Source of the DNA: Curvularia clavata
Taxonomy: Eukaryota
DNA length: 64,000 nt
NCBI GenBank assembly: GCA_023920165.1
Contig: CP089274.1
Coordinates: forward strand, 1,860,001-1,924,000
Reading direction: 5' to 3'
Below the pieces are notes generated by a model, which was not told the origin of the DNA, ran no database searches, and was given only the letters and a program-made list of their open reading frames with translations. How positions within the stretch are numbered: the stretch's first letter is position 1; each line of letters opens with the position of its first letter. Both the position numbers and the translations under genes were made by a program. Shown here one piece after another: positions 37,417-47,582 of the stretch.

Positions 37417-38657
37417 CGTCGTGACAGTGCACAGGCAGGTTGTAGCGACATGTGCTCGAGCCATCTCCTTAACTATACAGGAGATCAACATGTGCGAGTG
37501 CCAAGCCGGAATGTTTAACGCAAAGAGGACAGGTCTTGGCTGGCAGACGGTTGTGGCGCGATGAGGGATTGAAGGGTCAAGAAGAGGATGGTTCCATTTG
37601 GAGACGAAAAAAAGCAATATTAAGGTTTTTGGCAAATACTGCAGGTGTAGACGGGCGCACATTTGGGGTAAGGTTAGGCTAAGTGGTTGGAGTCTCCAAA
37701 CACGCCTTCAATATGCGGCCCTCCGGGGAGATAGTAAATCTACGCTCTGTCCCGTCGTCTATCAAACTATGTTTAGCGGGTAGGCTAGGTTCTTCGCGAG
37801 CTCTATTACCACAAGAGGTCTAAATTCAAGTTGCACGTGGCCACTTTGTCCAGGCCTTTTGCAAATTTTCCATCAAAAGGAAGCATTCTGGGACGTGCTC
37901 GCCTCATGTATGATTGCCTCATGATGGCTATGCTCGCTCGGCTACCATGAGGATTTTGTCACGAAAAAGCACAGCGAACCAGGATGGCAGGGCTGCACAG
38001 GACTGTCATGGACCCTGAGATGTGGCATCTCCGGCGCCTCGCGCCCAGCTAGTGGGCGCGCTTGGGGATTTCAGGACCAAGGGAGAGCCATCAGCAGTTC
38101 AGCTCAGGTGGGCAGTGCCTTTTCATCCATGGAATGCTAGTTGGAGGTGCTCGGCGTGGGCAAACCAGCCAATGTGCATGACGAGAAAGCGAGAGCGGGT
38201 GACTACGCAGACTACGCAACTAGACACTACGCACCGTCGTCGTTTCACGCACGAGATTATGGAACAGATGTCGCCCACCTCCGCGCGCGCATGGTTCCGA
38301 TGGTTGCCTGCAAGTTGGGGGGTTCTGGACTGAGGCATGGGGACTGGGACAAAGTCGAGTCAGCAACGGATGAGCCCGGGACAGTGTGCAAGAAGTAGTT
38401 TTTCTGGAGCTGAAGCTGGTATAACGTACGTCAGTGCTACAGCCCCCGACGGTGGATTCTAGGAAATGCATGGTGGTTGTGTGTCGACAAGTGTACCGAC
38501 ATGTGCATGCTCTCGGCAAGGCTACGCCCAGCTCCTTACTCACGCACAGTCAAAAGAAATGGAAGCTGGTATATAATGGGGATACGGACTGCGGCTGGCA
38601 CACAAGACGCGAAAAGAAGGCTGTCGTCTCAGCAATAGCCAACGCATCGTCACCATC

Positions 38658-40421
38658 ATGAGCCAAACGTCCGTCTTCCCACGTCATTGGAATGTCCACG
38701 AGCCCTCTGTGCCACGGCCAGCAGCGTCATCGCCGTGGTTGTCGCCGTCGTCGTCGTCGATATCTCCATCACCATTGTCAACACCAAACTTGATTTTCAC
38801 AGCAACACGACAACCATTGATGCATTCACAGTATGAAACACCAGCGGGGCTCTGGCCAGCCAACCAGGCGTGGGAACAGTTCGGCGGCGGCGGCCGGGGC
38901 TGGACACAGGATCACCACGTCACGAGCCCCATGTCACCGCCAGCACCATCTGACCCAACCACACTGTCGCTGTCCAGCCAGCAAATAACATGTGCTGGCC
39001 CGCCTCATCCCCCCGTGCCACAGCAACCAGCCTGCAATACCGCTACTCTTGTTCCGGTGTGGCCGCCACCGCCGCTCCATGCGCCGACACCGCAACTTGC
39101 GACCTCTGGCCCTCTACCAGGCCGCATCCCACGACCAGCGCCTCGTGAACATGGCCTGCAAGATGACCTGTACTACGCTTTTACACGCGATGCCTACTTA
39201 TGCAGTGCCACTGAGGCGGCCAGGGACGTCACGCAATCCTGGAATCCAAACGCTGGTTATCACTGTCTTGTTGCGCCTACCGCTCTTCCTGCTGCCACTA
39301 CTGCCACCGCCATTACGCACCCAAAAGAGACGGTGAAGAAGCCTCACCGACGCCCACAACACCCATTAAAAAGACTTAACCACGCCCTGCCCTCCCACAC
39401 TCCACCCCCCACAAAGAAGCCAAAATCATCCCTCTCCCCCGACGACTTGCATTTTGTCGACTCGTCCTTCCTCGCCACAATCAACGCAGCCATGATGGAA
39501 ATTGCGAGCCGCCAGCTGCCCCCACACCAAGCCATGGCATCCCCCTCACCAAAAATATCCTTCAAGGACACCACCTGGACCTTCCCCAAGAAGCTCAGGA
39601 AGAAGCGTCGCCGACCCAGCGAGATCTTCAACATCAACTTTGGCTTTGGCTTTTCCTCCCGCCGCCGCCAATCTTCCGACTACTCGCCTCAGATCAGCCC
39701 TCGCACTAGCATTTCGTCGGCCTCGGGATCCCCCAGGTCGGAAATGGCCGAGAGCTTCAAGAGGCAGAGGATCGACTCGACCGACTCTGATATTATCAAC
39801 TGGCAGAGCGTACCAAAGCAAGAGCCATTGACAACAACACGATGCCAGCCACAAGAGCCACACCCCGGTCAACTTGTCGACTTCACCCGCAGCCCTCCAT
39901 CTCTCCCACCACTACCCGCTCCTGTTTCCGCTCCAGTTATCCAGCTCCCCTCACCTAGGATGTCGCCCAAGCTCTCCCCCAGGCTATCCCCTGAAAGCAA
40001 CCCCTCGAGCGAATTCAACCTGCGCCTCAACAGCGACGCCTACCACGAGTACCTGGCCACCACCCAGCGTCGCAAGTCCTTCCCCGTCAGCGAATGGGCC
40101 ACGCGCCGCGTCCAAGAGGAATTCCAGATGCTCAGCAAGCTCGACCAGCTCGACGACGGCATCACCAAGGACGACGACGAGATCGACCCCAAGGACATAT
40201 CCGCCATCGCTCCCTTTGCGTCTTCTTCTCCCGCCACGGAGCAGGATTCGCCAAAGTGCGAACTCCGCCGTACCACTAGCGATCCCTCCACCGAGCGCTT
40301 CCTCACGCACATTCGTGCTAGCCTTGAGGCGAGAAGGAGCAAGAGCGGTCGCACCTGGCAGACGTATCCCGTCTTTGCCGACGAGGACGAGAAGGGTTTC
40401 TTGGATGATGCGCCATTGTAA
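38658..40421 (+). CDS. Hypothetical Pro/Ser-rich, probably disordered protein with a basic NLS-like patch
   Basis: 587 aa uninterrupted ORF; strong C-ending codon bias in the 3' half; KKLRKKRRRPSEIF. The true start may lie downstream (~39493). Confidence 0.65.
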   Translation: MSQTSVFPRHWNVHEPSVPRPAASSPWLSPSSSSISPSPLSTPNLIFTATRQPLMHSQYETPAGLWPANQAWEQFGGGGRGWTQDHHVTSPMSPPAPSDPTTLSLSSQQITCAGPPHPPVPQQPACNTATLVPVWPPPPLHAPTPQLATSGPLPGRIPRPAPREHGLQDDLYYAFTRDAYLCSATEAARDVTQSWNPNAGYHCLVAPTALPAATTATAITHPKETVKKPHRRPQHPLKRLNHALPSHTPPPTKKPKSSLSPDDLHFVDSSFLATINAAMMEIASRQLPPHQAMASPSPKISFKDTTWTFPKKLRKKRRRPSEIFNINFGFGFSSRRRQSSDYSPQISPRTSISSASGSPRSEMAESFKRQRIDSTDSDIINWQSVPKQEPLTTTRCQPQEPHPGQLVDFTRSPPSLPPLPAPVSAPVIQLPSPRMSPKLSPRLSPESNPSSEFNLRLNSDAYHEYLATTQRRKSFPVSEWATRRVQEEFQMLSKLDQLDDGITKDDDEIDPKDISAIAPFASSSPATEQDSPKCELRRTTSDPSTERFLTHIRASLEARRSKSGRTWQTYPVFADEDEKGFLDDAPL

Positions 40422-40665
40422 TATGCTTTTTTCCTTTTTTGTTTATGGCACTGCATACACCCTTGTATATGTAATACTCTGGTCGGAAGATTTTCTTTTT
40501 TGTCTTCTTCCGATTCCGCTTCTTCTTTTTGTAAACCCCTAGTCGGGTTCGACTTCCTCAGGCATTGCTGGCCATGTCTTTGCAGGATGTTTTGTATGTA
40601 TTTTAACTGGAAGCGTTGCATATCGGGTTATGGGTGTTGCATCTTTGAGCATTTTGGGACATGGA

Positions 40666-40722
40666 GCATGGCATGGGCATGGGCATGAGCATGAGCATGA
40701 GCATTGATTGGCATTGGCATTG
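40666..40722. repeat. Degenerate hexanucleotide tandem repeat (GCATGG/GCATGA/GCATTG)n
   Basis: gcatggcatgggcatgggcatgagcatgagcatgagcattgattggcattggcattgg in the 3' flank of the 38658 ORF. Confidence 0.75.
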
Positions 40723-40962
40723 GTTATTAGCATAGATACCCCATACAACCCTCCTGCATGGAGAGGTTGTATATCCGAGTTGGACAACACTCGAGAGCAA
40801 TTATATAGTTTCAGATCGAATCAGTTGATCGGTCGCATCAATACTACTATTACTACTATCAATTTCTGTCTCTTCTCTATGCTTCAATGTCTACAACCCC
40901 CTCCTTCCACTCCCCACTCGCATGATCAAAAAGAATAATCTAATCTGCCCCCACATCTACCA

Positions 40963-41859
40963 TCACCGACTCTTCCACCGCACACCCCCCACCCACTTCA
41001 CCCACGCAGCCACCTTGTCCCTAGCCTCCACATCCCCCTCCTCACCCCCTTCGACAATCAACTCGACCGTATAAAACCTCCTCGCCAACTCCTCATTGCT
41101 CGCCAACCCATGCACAAAACTGTGACATGCGCGACACAACCATGCCACACTATTCAGCCTGTCCTCCGTATGCCACCCCCTCTTCAGCACCCGCGCATGC
41201 GCCGCTTTGGGAATAAGATGGTGATACGTCAGCGGGACCCAGTCGCGGGCACACAGTTCGCAGGCAGAAGTGCGGGTTGTTGACCAGATTGGGGGCGGGG
41301 CTGTCACGGCGGTTATGTAGGCGGTCAGCGGTGGGATAAGCAGATTGGAGAGGTCAATGGGGTCATAGGGCGAAGGAAGTAGGCCGTAGGATTCTAAGCT
41401 GTCGAGGGCAGTAGGGGGGATGAGCGAGAGGAGCGAGGTGCTGGTTGAGGCGGAGAGAGGGGTGCTGTAGGTTTCTTGCAGTACGGGGTCCGAGGTGTAC
41501 AGGGCGTGGGTGAGGGTGCGGAGGGAGAGGGGCAGGCAGGGGAAAATGAGGGCACTGAGGTACTGGTGTGATGTTAGGAGTCTGAGTACTAGAAATGAGG
41601 TGGCGGGTTTGAGGGTATGTACTTCGATAAATTCGCCCAGATCTTCGGCGTCGGCACCTGTGGCCGCATTGGCGTCTACTGTGTTTTGCGTCGCGACAGC
41701 GTCTTTCCCTCCGCTCTTGGACCCCTTCTTTGCGTGTCGCTTCTTCTTCGGTTTCGGCTTCTCCATTGGAGCGGCTAGAGCTTTCATAATGGGCTCACTC
41801 ATGCAATCACGGAAGGTCTCGTAGTTGGATTGCTCCTCGGCGGGAATGGATTCAGCCAT
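40963..41859 (-). CDS. HNH-motif (beta-beta-alpha-metal) zinc-binding protein, YisB-like putative nuclease, ~278 aa
   Basis: Exons 41859-41623 and 41562-40963 (60-nt in-frame intron GTACAT...CTAAC...CAG). C-terminal CELC...LTYHHLIPK...LNSVAWLCRACHSFVH...NEELAR.FYTVELI; N-terminal KPKPKKKRHAKK. Confidence 0.8.
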   Translation of the reverse strand: MAESIPAEEQSNYETFRDCMSEPIMKALAAPMEKPKPKKKRHAKKGSKSGGKDAVATQNTVDANAATGADAEDLGEFIEVHTLKPATSFLVLRLLTSHQYLSALIFPCLPLSLRTLTHALYTSDPVLQETYSTPLSASTSTSLLSLIPPTALDSLESYGLLPSPYDPIDLSNLLIPPLTAYITAVTAPPPIWSTTRTSACELCARDWVPLTYHHLIPKAAHARVLKRGWHTEDRLNSVAWLCRACHSFVHGLASNEELARRFYTVELIVEGGEEGDVEARDKVAAWVKWVGGVRWKSR

Positions 41860-42400
41860 ATTCAATTGCTTGGAAAGAAGATGCTCTGTGCAAGAAATGT
41901 GCGTTCAACTCTGTGCGCATAGTACCGAGCACCAGTGGCGATGCCATGTTGTTTATGTAGTGCGGCGGGTCATGACGAAGTCGTGAACTTTCGCGTTCGC
42001 GAGGCGAGGCACTACGTAGGTGGGGTTCGTAAACTAAGGGCGCTGCAAGGGCTTAACGCTCACTGCCCGCGCTCGTATTTGCTGGCGAACATTCGAGACG
42101 TAGTTTCAATAAAAGGGAGCCTTGAGCTGACCTTGCTGACGCTTGTTGATTCGCACACTGTGGTTATCTGACATGTCCTGGCATTAGGCCACTCCGAAAA
42201 GCAGCAGCAGGGACGAAAGCGGAGCGAAGCCTCGTGATGTTCTTCTATTCCAATCAGCGTACTATCTGAAAATCGCCGTGCCATCTTCTCTTTGCAATCA
42301 TATCCCATCACTCCATAAGTGCTGAGGAGATCAAGCCACCACAGAACATGCGGTCCATGTTTCCTTTGATCCAGACCCAACGCGCCAGCATTGCGCTGAC

Positions 42401-43206
42401 TTAAGCCTTCTTCTTTCCGCCCTTTGCCAGGCGGTTCGCCTTGCCCATGGCCTGCTCCCGTCTCCTAGCCTCACGCTCCATGAGCTCCTTCTTCTCCTTT
42501 TCAATCTCAGCACGCTCCTCAGCCTCGGCCTTCTTGCGTGCTGCCTCAGCTTCTCTGCGCTCGCGAACCAGCTTCAAGCGCTCTAGATCGGCACGCGCCT
42601 GCTCCGTCTTTCCCTCAGCATGCAGCTTGTCGTATCGGTCCTTGTTGGCTTGTGCTTGGAGAGCCTCGCGCTCACGACGGGAGAGTTGAGAGAGGTCCTT
42701 TTGCTTGCCCTTGCCCTTGGCAGCGGCATCCGCATCCTCATCAACGGGTGCTTTGGTGGCTTGTGTACGGGCTTTGGCGGTGTGATTTGGGTTTGCGGGC
42801 ATATCATCGTCTTCCTCCTCCGAGTCGGTGGGCATGTCGCCGGCCTCGGGTGTCTTTTGCGACTTCTTCGCTATCGCGGCCTGCTTTCGCTTCTTTGCGA
42901 GTTCACGGCGCTGCTCACGTGTCAATTCTTCTTGTGCGGGCTTGCCCTCCTCCTCTTCGCTAGACTCTTCTTCTGAAGATTCCTCCTCCTCGGATGATTC
43001 TTCGTCGACCTTGTCAGGTTGGTCCTGTAATATTCTGTCAGTCCACAGTTCAAACATTCCGAACGTCTAATATGCCAAATACTTACTCCCCACATGCCAA
43101 CGATTTCGCCATCTGCATTCAGAGGCTGCAGGTCGCGAGAGAACTTCTTGCCGCCTCCACGCTTGACCTTGTTGAACTTGCCGCCGCGACCACGTGCTGA
43201 AGACAT
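42401..43206 (-). CDS. PP28/PDAP1 family heat- and acid-stable phosphoprotein, ~247 aa
   Basis: Exons 43206-43087 and 43024-42401 (GTAAGT...ACTGAC...CAG). RGGGKKFSRDL N-terminus, acidic Ser/Glu tracts, family core LSRREREAL...Y.KLHAEGKTEQARADLERLKLVRERRE. Confidence 0.88.
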
Positions 43207-43750
43207 GTTGGATATGTAGTTTGTGGGATGTTCTGTGTCGGGTCTGCTTGCAGGCCGTGCCTATGTGTTCGGCAGGTGATTTCGACAGGTAGAGGGGGCT
43301 TCCTTTGTGTCGTGCGTTCCAAGCGGTCGAGAGTGTAGTGTAGTAGAGGTTGTTACGTTGGGGTTTGACGATATTGATGATTCAGAGAAGTCTGACTGAA
43401 AGCGAGCCTGGCAAACCACGGCACATTAGCCCAGCTTAGGTAGTGGACGCCGCGAAACGGGTCTGCTACTCACCTGCTACACCGCGATGGCGACAATGCT
43501 GTTGGTGTAGTCAAAAGAGTCACCCTTGCCCGCCCGCCAACAAAACGTAAGTAACCGCCCCGCCAAATTCCCCTGCCCCGCCATGCTCGCCTCGCCTCGT
43601 CACACAAAATGCGCCATTCTCAATTCGCTCGTCTGATCCTTGCACTGCCGCTAACCCCCATCGCGGCAAGCGCACATTAGTCATCCAAAATTCTTGCATG
43701 CACAAAACCAACGCGTCGCCCGGCCCCCTTCTGCTCACCAAAACTGAAAT

Positions 43751-43895
43751 ACCCCATTATTCACTCTGTGTCTTCCATCTCAATGGAGATTTGGAGGGGA
43801 AAATGGAGGTTAGAACAACCATGCGTTCGCTTACCTCCTTCTCTTCTGCGCTTTGCGCCGGTGGAGCGAAGGTAAATTTTTTGGACGGTACATTT
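43751..43895 (+). ncRNA. Candidate box H/ACA snoRNA (~145 nt)
   Basis: Hairpin 1 (ACCCCATT 43751-58 pairs with AATGGAGGT 43802-10; apical TCTTCCAT/ATGGAGA), H box AGAACA 43812-17, hairpin 2 (TTACCT 43831-36 / AGGTAA 43870-75; ACC/GGT base), ACA 43890-92 followed by TTT. ACA lies 14 nt after the upper stem, the canonical spacing. Confidence 0.65.
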
Positions 43896-44399
43896 CTCCT
43901 GTTAGCATGCAATGGTGCGCGCGTAACCTTAAGCCACCAATGAAGTCGCGTCAAGCATTGCGACTTGTCGTGGTCACAGTTTAGGCAGCTTCTTCATGGC
44001 TGTGAGTAGGGTTGCGATGCGTGCGACGCCATCTCAGCCTGACTCTTCAGGCCTTTTCCAGCGCTCTTTTTGCTATGCTAGATCTCGCTCACCAAGTCTA
44101 GATGCTGTTGTTAGTGTCAAAGGAAGCAACATGCTCAGACTGAGCACCACAGAAACAATGAGAATGATTGTCATCCGTCGATTTTCCATTGTGCTATATC
44201 CTTGCATGTCAAGATAAGCTACCTAAAGCCAGGAAAGATCATGACAGGGTCCCGATGGACCGTGAAAGCTCCATATTGCATAAGAAGAGCAAGAATGTCC
44301 GGCCAACCACACTCGAAGCACCGTGGAAGGTTCGCATCTTCCTCGCAACCATATCCTCCCTTACTCACTGACCACTCAAACCTCCAAACCTAGCCATGC

Positions 44400-47300
44400 C
44401 TAGATGAACCACATGCCGTCCTTGAGGCTACGAGCGTTCAGGATGGCCATGAGAGGAGCGACCTCGATGGGCCGCTTGGACGTGCCAGAGGAAGATGTCT
44501 CCTTCTCTTTGCCTTTCTCCTGCGCCTCCTTCTTGGCCTGAGCCTCCTTCTTGCCGGATGTGACAGGGCTCCCGGTAATATGAGCACGCGAGCGGTCAGC
44601 AGCCAGATGGGCATAGTAGACAGCCGGGTGCATGGAAACTGGAGTCGTCGAGCGGACGTACTGGTACGAGTGCTCGAAGATGAACTGCTGAAGCTCTGCA
44701 GGCTTCCACTCGCCCTCGTTCAGGATGCAGTGGTAATGGATCGGGCGGGCTGTACCCTTGATGGCGACATGGGGGCAGAGATAGAAATCAAACTCAAATG
44801 GATGAGTGCAACCGGATTCCACCAAGGTTCCCGGCAGAGGGTTGTTGTTGCGGTCGCCTTTGCCTGCTTCAGGGAAGAAGCGGATGTGGTGGCGCTTGCC
44901 GGCAACGACCACAGTGAACTTTGGCGCCTCCTTGCACCCCAGCTTGAGGAAAGCTTGCTTCATGTCATGAACCTCATCTGCAAGGACTGCAGCGTACTGC
45001 GCCTCGCCGACTCCATCGCGGATGTAAAGGACACGGTGCGGAGGCCTTCCCTGGCCAACATTCTGCATCCATTTCAAGGCCATGTATCCGAATTGCTCGT
45101 CAATGGTGCTGGGAAGGAGCATCTCCATACGATTGCCGTTGGTCTGCACTTCAGCCCAGTACCTCATGAAACTGCTGTCCGCAGATACGGTGATGGCAGC
45201 ATACGAAGCAGCTTCGTGAGAGCCCGCTCCAGGCGCAGGATGAGATATATCAGCTCCAATCACCATGGTCGGCGTCATGGCTGCTTTCGGGGCGATCTTG
45301 GGGATCAGCTGGGACTTTGCGACAGCAGTGGCACCGCCCAGCTTGGCGTTGATCTTCATGCACACATTGGAGATGTACTGCGGAGAAGCAGTCAGGACGT
45401 GCCTTGACTGGAGAATCTGGGAAGCGACGCCGAAACGGATGTCACAAGACTTCTTGATACGGCGATAGACATCGATGTTTTTGTCGTTGACGATGAAGAT
45501 CATAAGGCTTGGAGGCCCACCAAACCTATTTCCTAATCAGTCAAAGCTCCGCAAAGAATATTCGGTGCCTGCATGACTTACACATTGCCGACCGTTTTCC
45601 ACACATTCGCCACCAACTCTCCACCGTCTGCTAGGTTTCCTGGGCCCATCCACGGCTTCTTGCCGCGCTGAGGGTGGGAGTTAATGATACCTCCATGTCC
45701 CTCATAAACTTGGATCAACTTCTCGACAAAGGCATTAGTGGCTTGTGGGTTAGGACTACCGCGGCCCTGGATAGCGCAGACACCCCAGCCTCGAATTGGG
45801 CGAGTGTTTGGCGCAATGAACTTGCGTCCGTCCAGCCTCCATCGTCCCTGAATCAAGTCATTGGGCTTGACGTTGACCTCCTTGGAGCCGGCGCCGAAGC
45901 TGAGCACTGGTGAGGGCAAGACACGACCCTGAACCTTGGAAGCATTCGGGTTGACCTGGATGCCATAGTGGCGGAGGTAAGGGTCTTCAGCCCATTTGAG
46001 GAGTTGGATGCCGTGCTGAACAGCTGCCCAGCGGTCCTTGGGAAGGGTAACGGCAAACTTGATCATGTTCGATGTTTGAGTCTCGTTCAGCTTGTGGGCA
46101 TAGCGCTGGTTGGGGTCAACCATGAGAACGTCAATCGGCATATAGACAGGGGCTCCACGAATCCTTTTGGTCATCCTGACCACTGGCAGGCCACCAATGA
46201 TCATGACACCGTACTTTTTCTTGAAGTAGTCGGAGACTGAAATCTTCTTTGTGCGGTCGTTAGGATCCTCGAACGTGGTCTTGTTTGCGTCCTTGTCACA
46301 AAACTCATCAATGGTCCACTGGGTAGGTTCCTTGGTGTGCGTAGTTGAGACACCGATCCGCTTAAACTTCTTGAGATCCCTCTTCAGGATAGACTTGTCC
46401 CAGTTCTGTTGTGCGGTCTTGAACATGCCAGCGAATTGAGCTGGAGTGCAGCCGAATGCCTGACAGATAACCTGTCCGAGCGCTGTGGCACGCCAGAAGG
46501 TACCGTTGGCGACATCGACGTTGACAGCCAGAGACTTGTTGAACTTGTCGTCGAGAACAGGACGAAGGGAAGTGAAGACGCCCTTGAAGGCCTCGATACC
46601 TCCACCGAGATCGAAACGTTGCTGGCCTCGCTCGAAGAAGGACTTCTTGATCATGGTGTACTTCTGCGAAGGCCATTCGCGCATGACATGATCAAGGAAG
46701 TTCAGAGTGTCGATGCAGTCACTTGACCAAGGGGCCTGTCCATTGAGGAAGGCATTCAGACCAGCAAAGTCGACCTTGCGAGTGTGGCGGACGAAAACAG
46801 TATGCTTGTTACCTTTCTGACCAGGCTTCGTAGGGCGACCCTTCTCTTCGTCGAGGTCGACGTTGATGCGGGTTTCGGGACGATCGAGCTTTTTGCTGGA
46901 CCATGCCAGCTTGTTGGTATCCCAAATCCAGAGATTGTCGGGTTCGCCAAGAGCAGATTTGACGGCACGAGAATGCCAGATCTTCTTGAGGACGACGCGC
47001 TTGTTGTAGTCGTTGGCATCTCCAGTGAAGTGAATCTGGAAGCTATCAGTAAGACTAAAGGATAGAATATGGGCCAAGATGACTTACGTCGTACTGGTGA
47101 ACAACTGTGTTCGGGGTGTTCTTGAGGTTGAACGTGTTCAGCGTAATGCCAACCGCCTTGCCGTACTGGTTGAAAGTTTGGGGACGGGGAGGCAGGTCAG
47201 TGGTGGTGACCTGAAATCATTGTTAGCGAGGATGCTCGTATTGGAACAAATAAATGGCCTGGTAAGAACCAGTGAGATTTCCCGGTTGACAAGCACCCAT

Positions 47301-47582
47301 GATGGCGCACGCAAACCAAAACTGGAAAGCAATTGTACTTACACCTCGAGCCGCGTTCCAACCACCCATGCCAAAGAACTCAGAAAGGTTCTTGAGATCA
47401 CCGGGTGTGGTGTATTCAATAGCCCTCTTGATCATGGCTGTTGGATCGCGGTTGCCGTCGAAACGTGGGATGGACTTTGGGCTGGAATGCTGAGAGAGGT
47501 CGCGAGACTCAGGCTCAGATTCCTTGGATGAGGCGGTGGACCGGTTGCCGACCTGTCCCCATGCCTTCGGAGGACCGCCCAT
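44400..47582 (-). CDS. Argonaute (N-PAZ-MID-PIWI), ~980 aa, SMS-2/Ago1-type by C-terminal motifs
   Basis: Exons 47582-47343, 47210-47088, 47035-45582, 45525-44400 give a continuous frame. Motifs GIEAFKGVFTSLR, VNVDVAN, ISVSDYFKKKY, NVCMKINAKLGG, TMVIGADISHP, YIRDGVGEAQY, GKRHHIRFFP, HVAIKGTARPIHY, RSTTPVSMHPAVYYAHLA, terminal MWFI. Confidence 0.97.

Noticed and set aside
43826..43884. CTTACCT plus AATTTTTTGG as a U1-like snRNA
   Set aside because: Spacing is too short and U1 stem-loop motifs are absent; the H/ACA architecture explains the sequence better.
44580..45407. 275 aa + strand ORF and other long antisense ORFs over Argonaute, Rna14, HRD1 and Cue3
   Set aside because: Shadow ORFs produced by codon bias of the real gene on the opposite strand.
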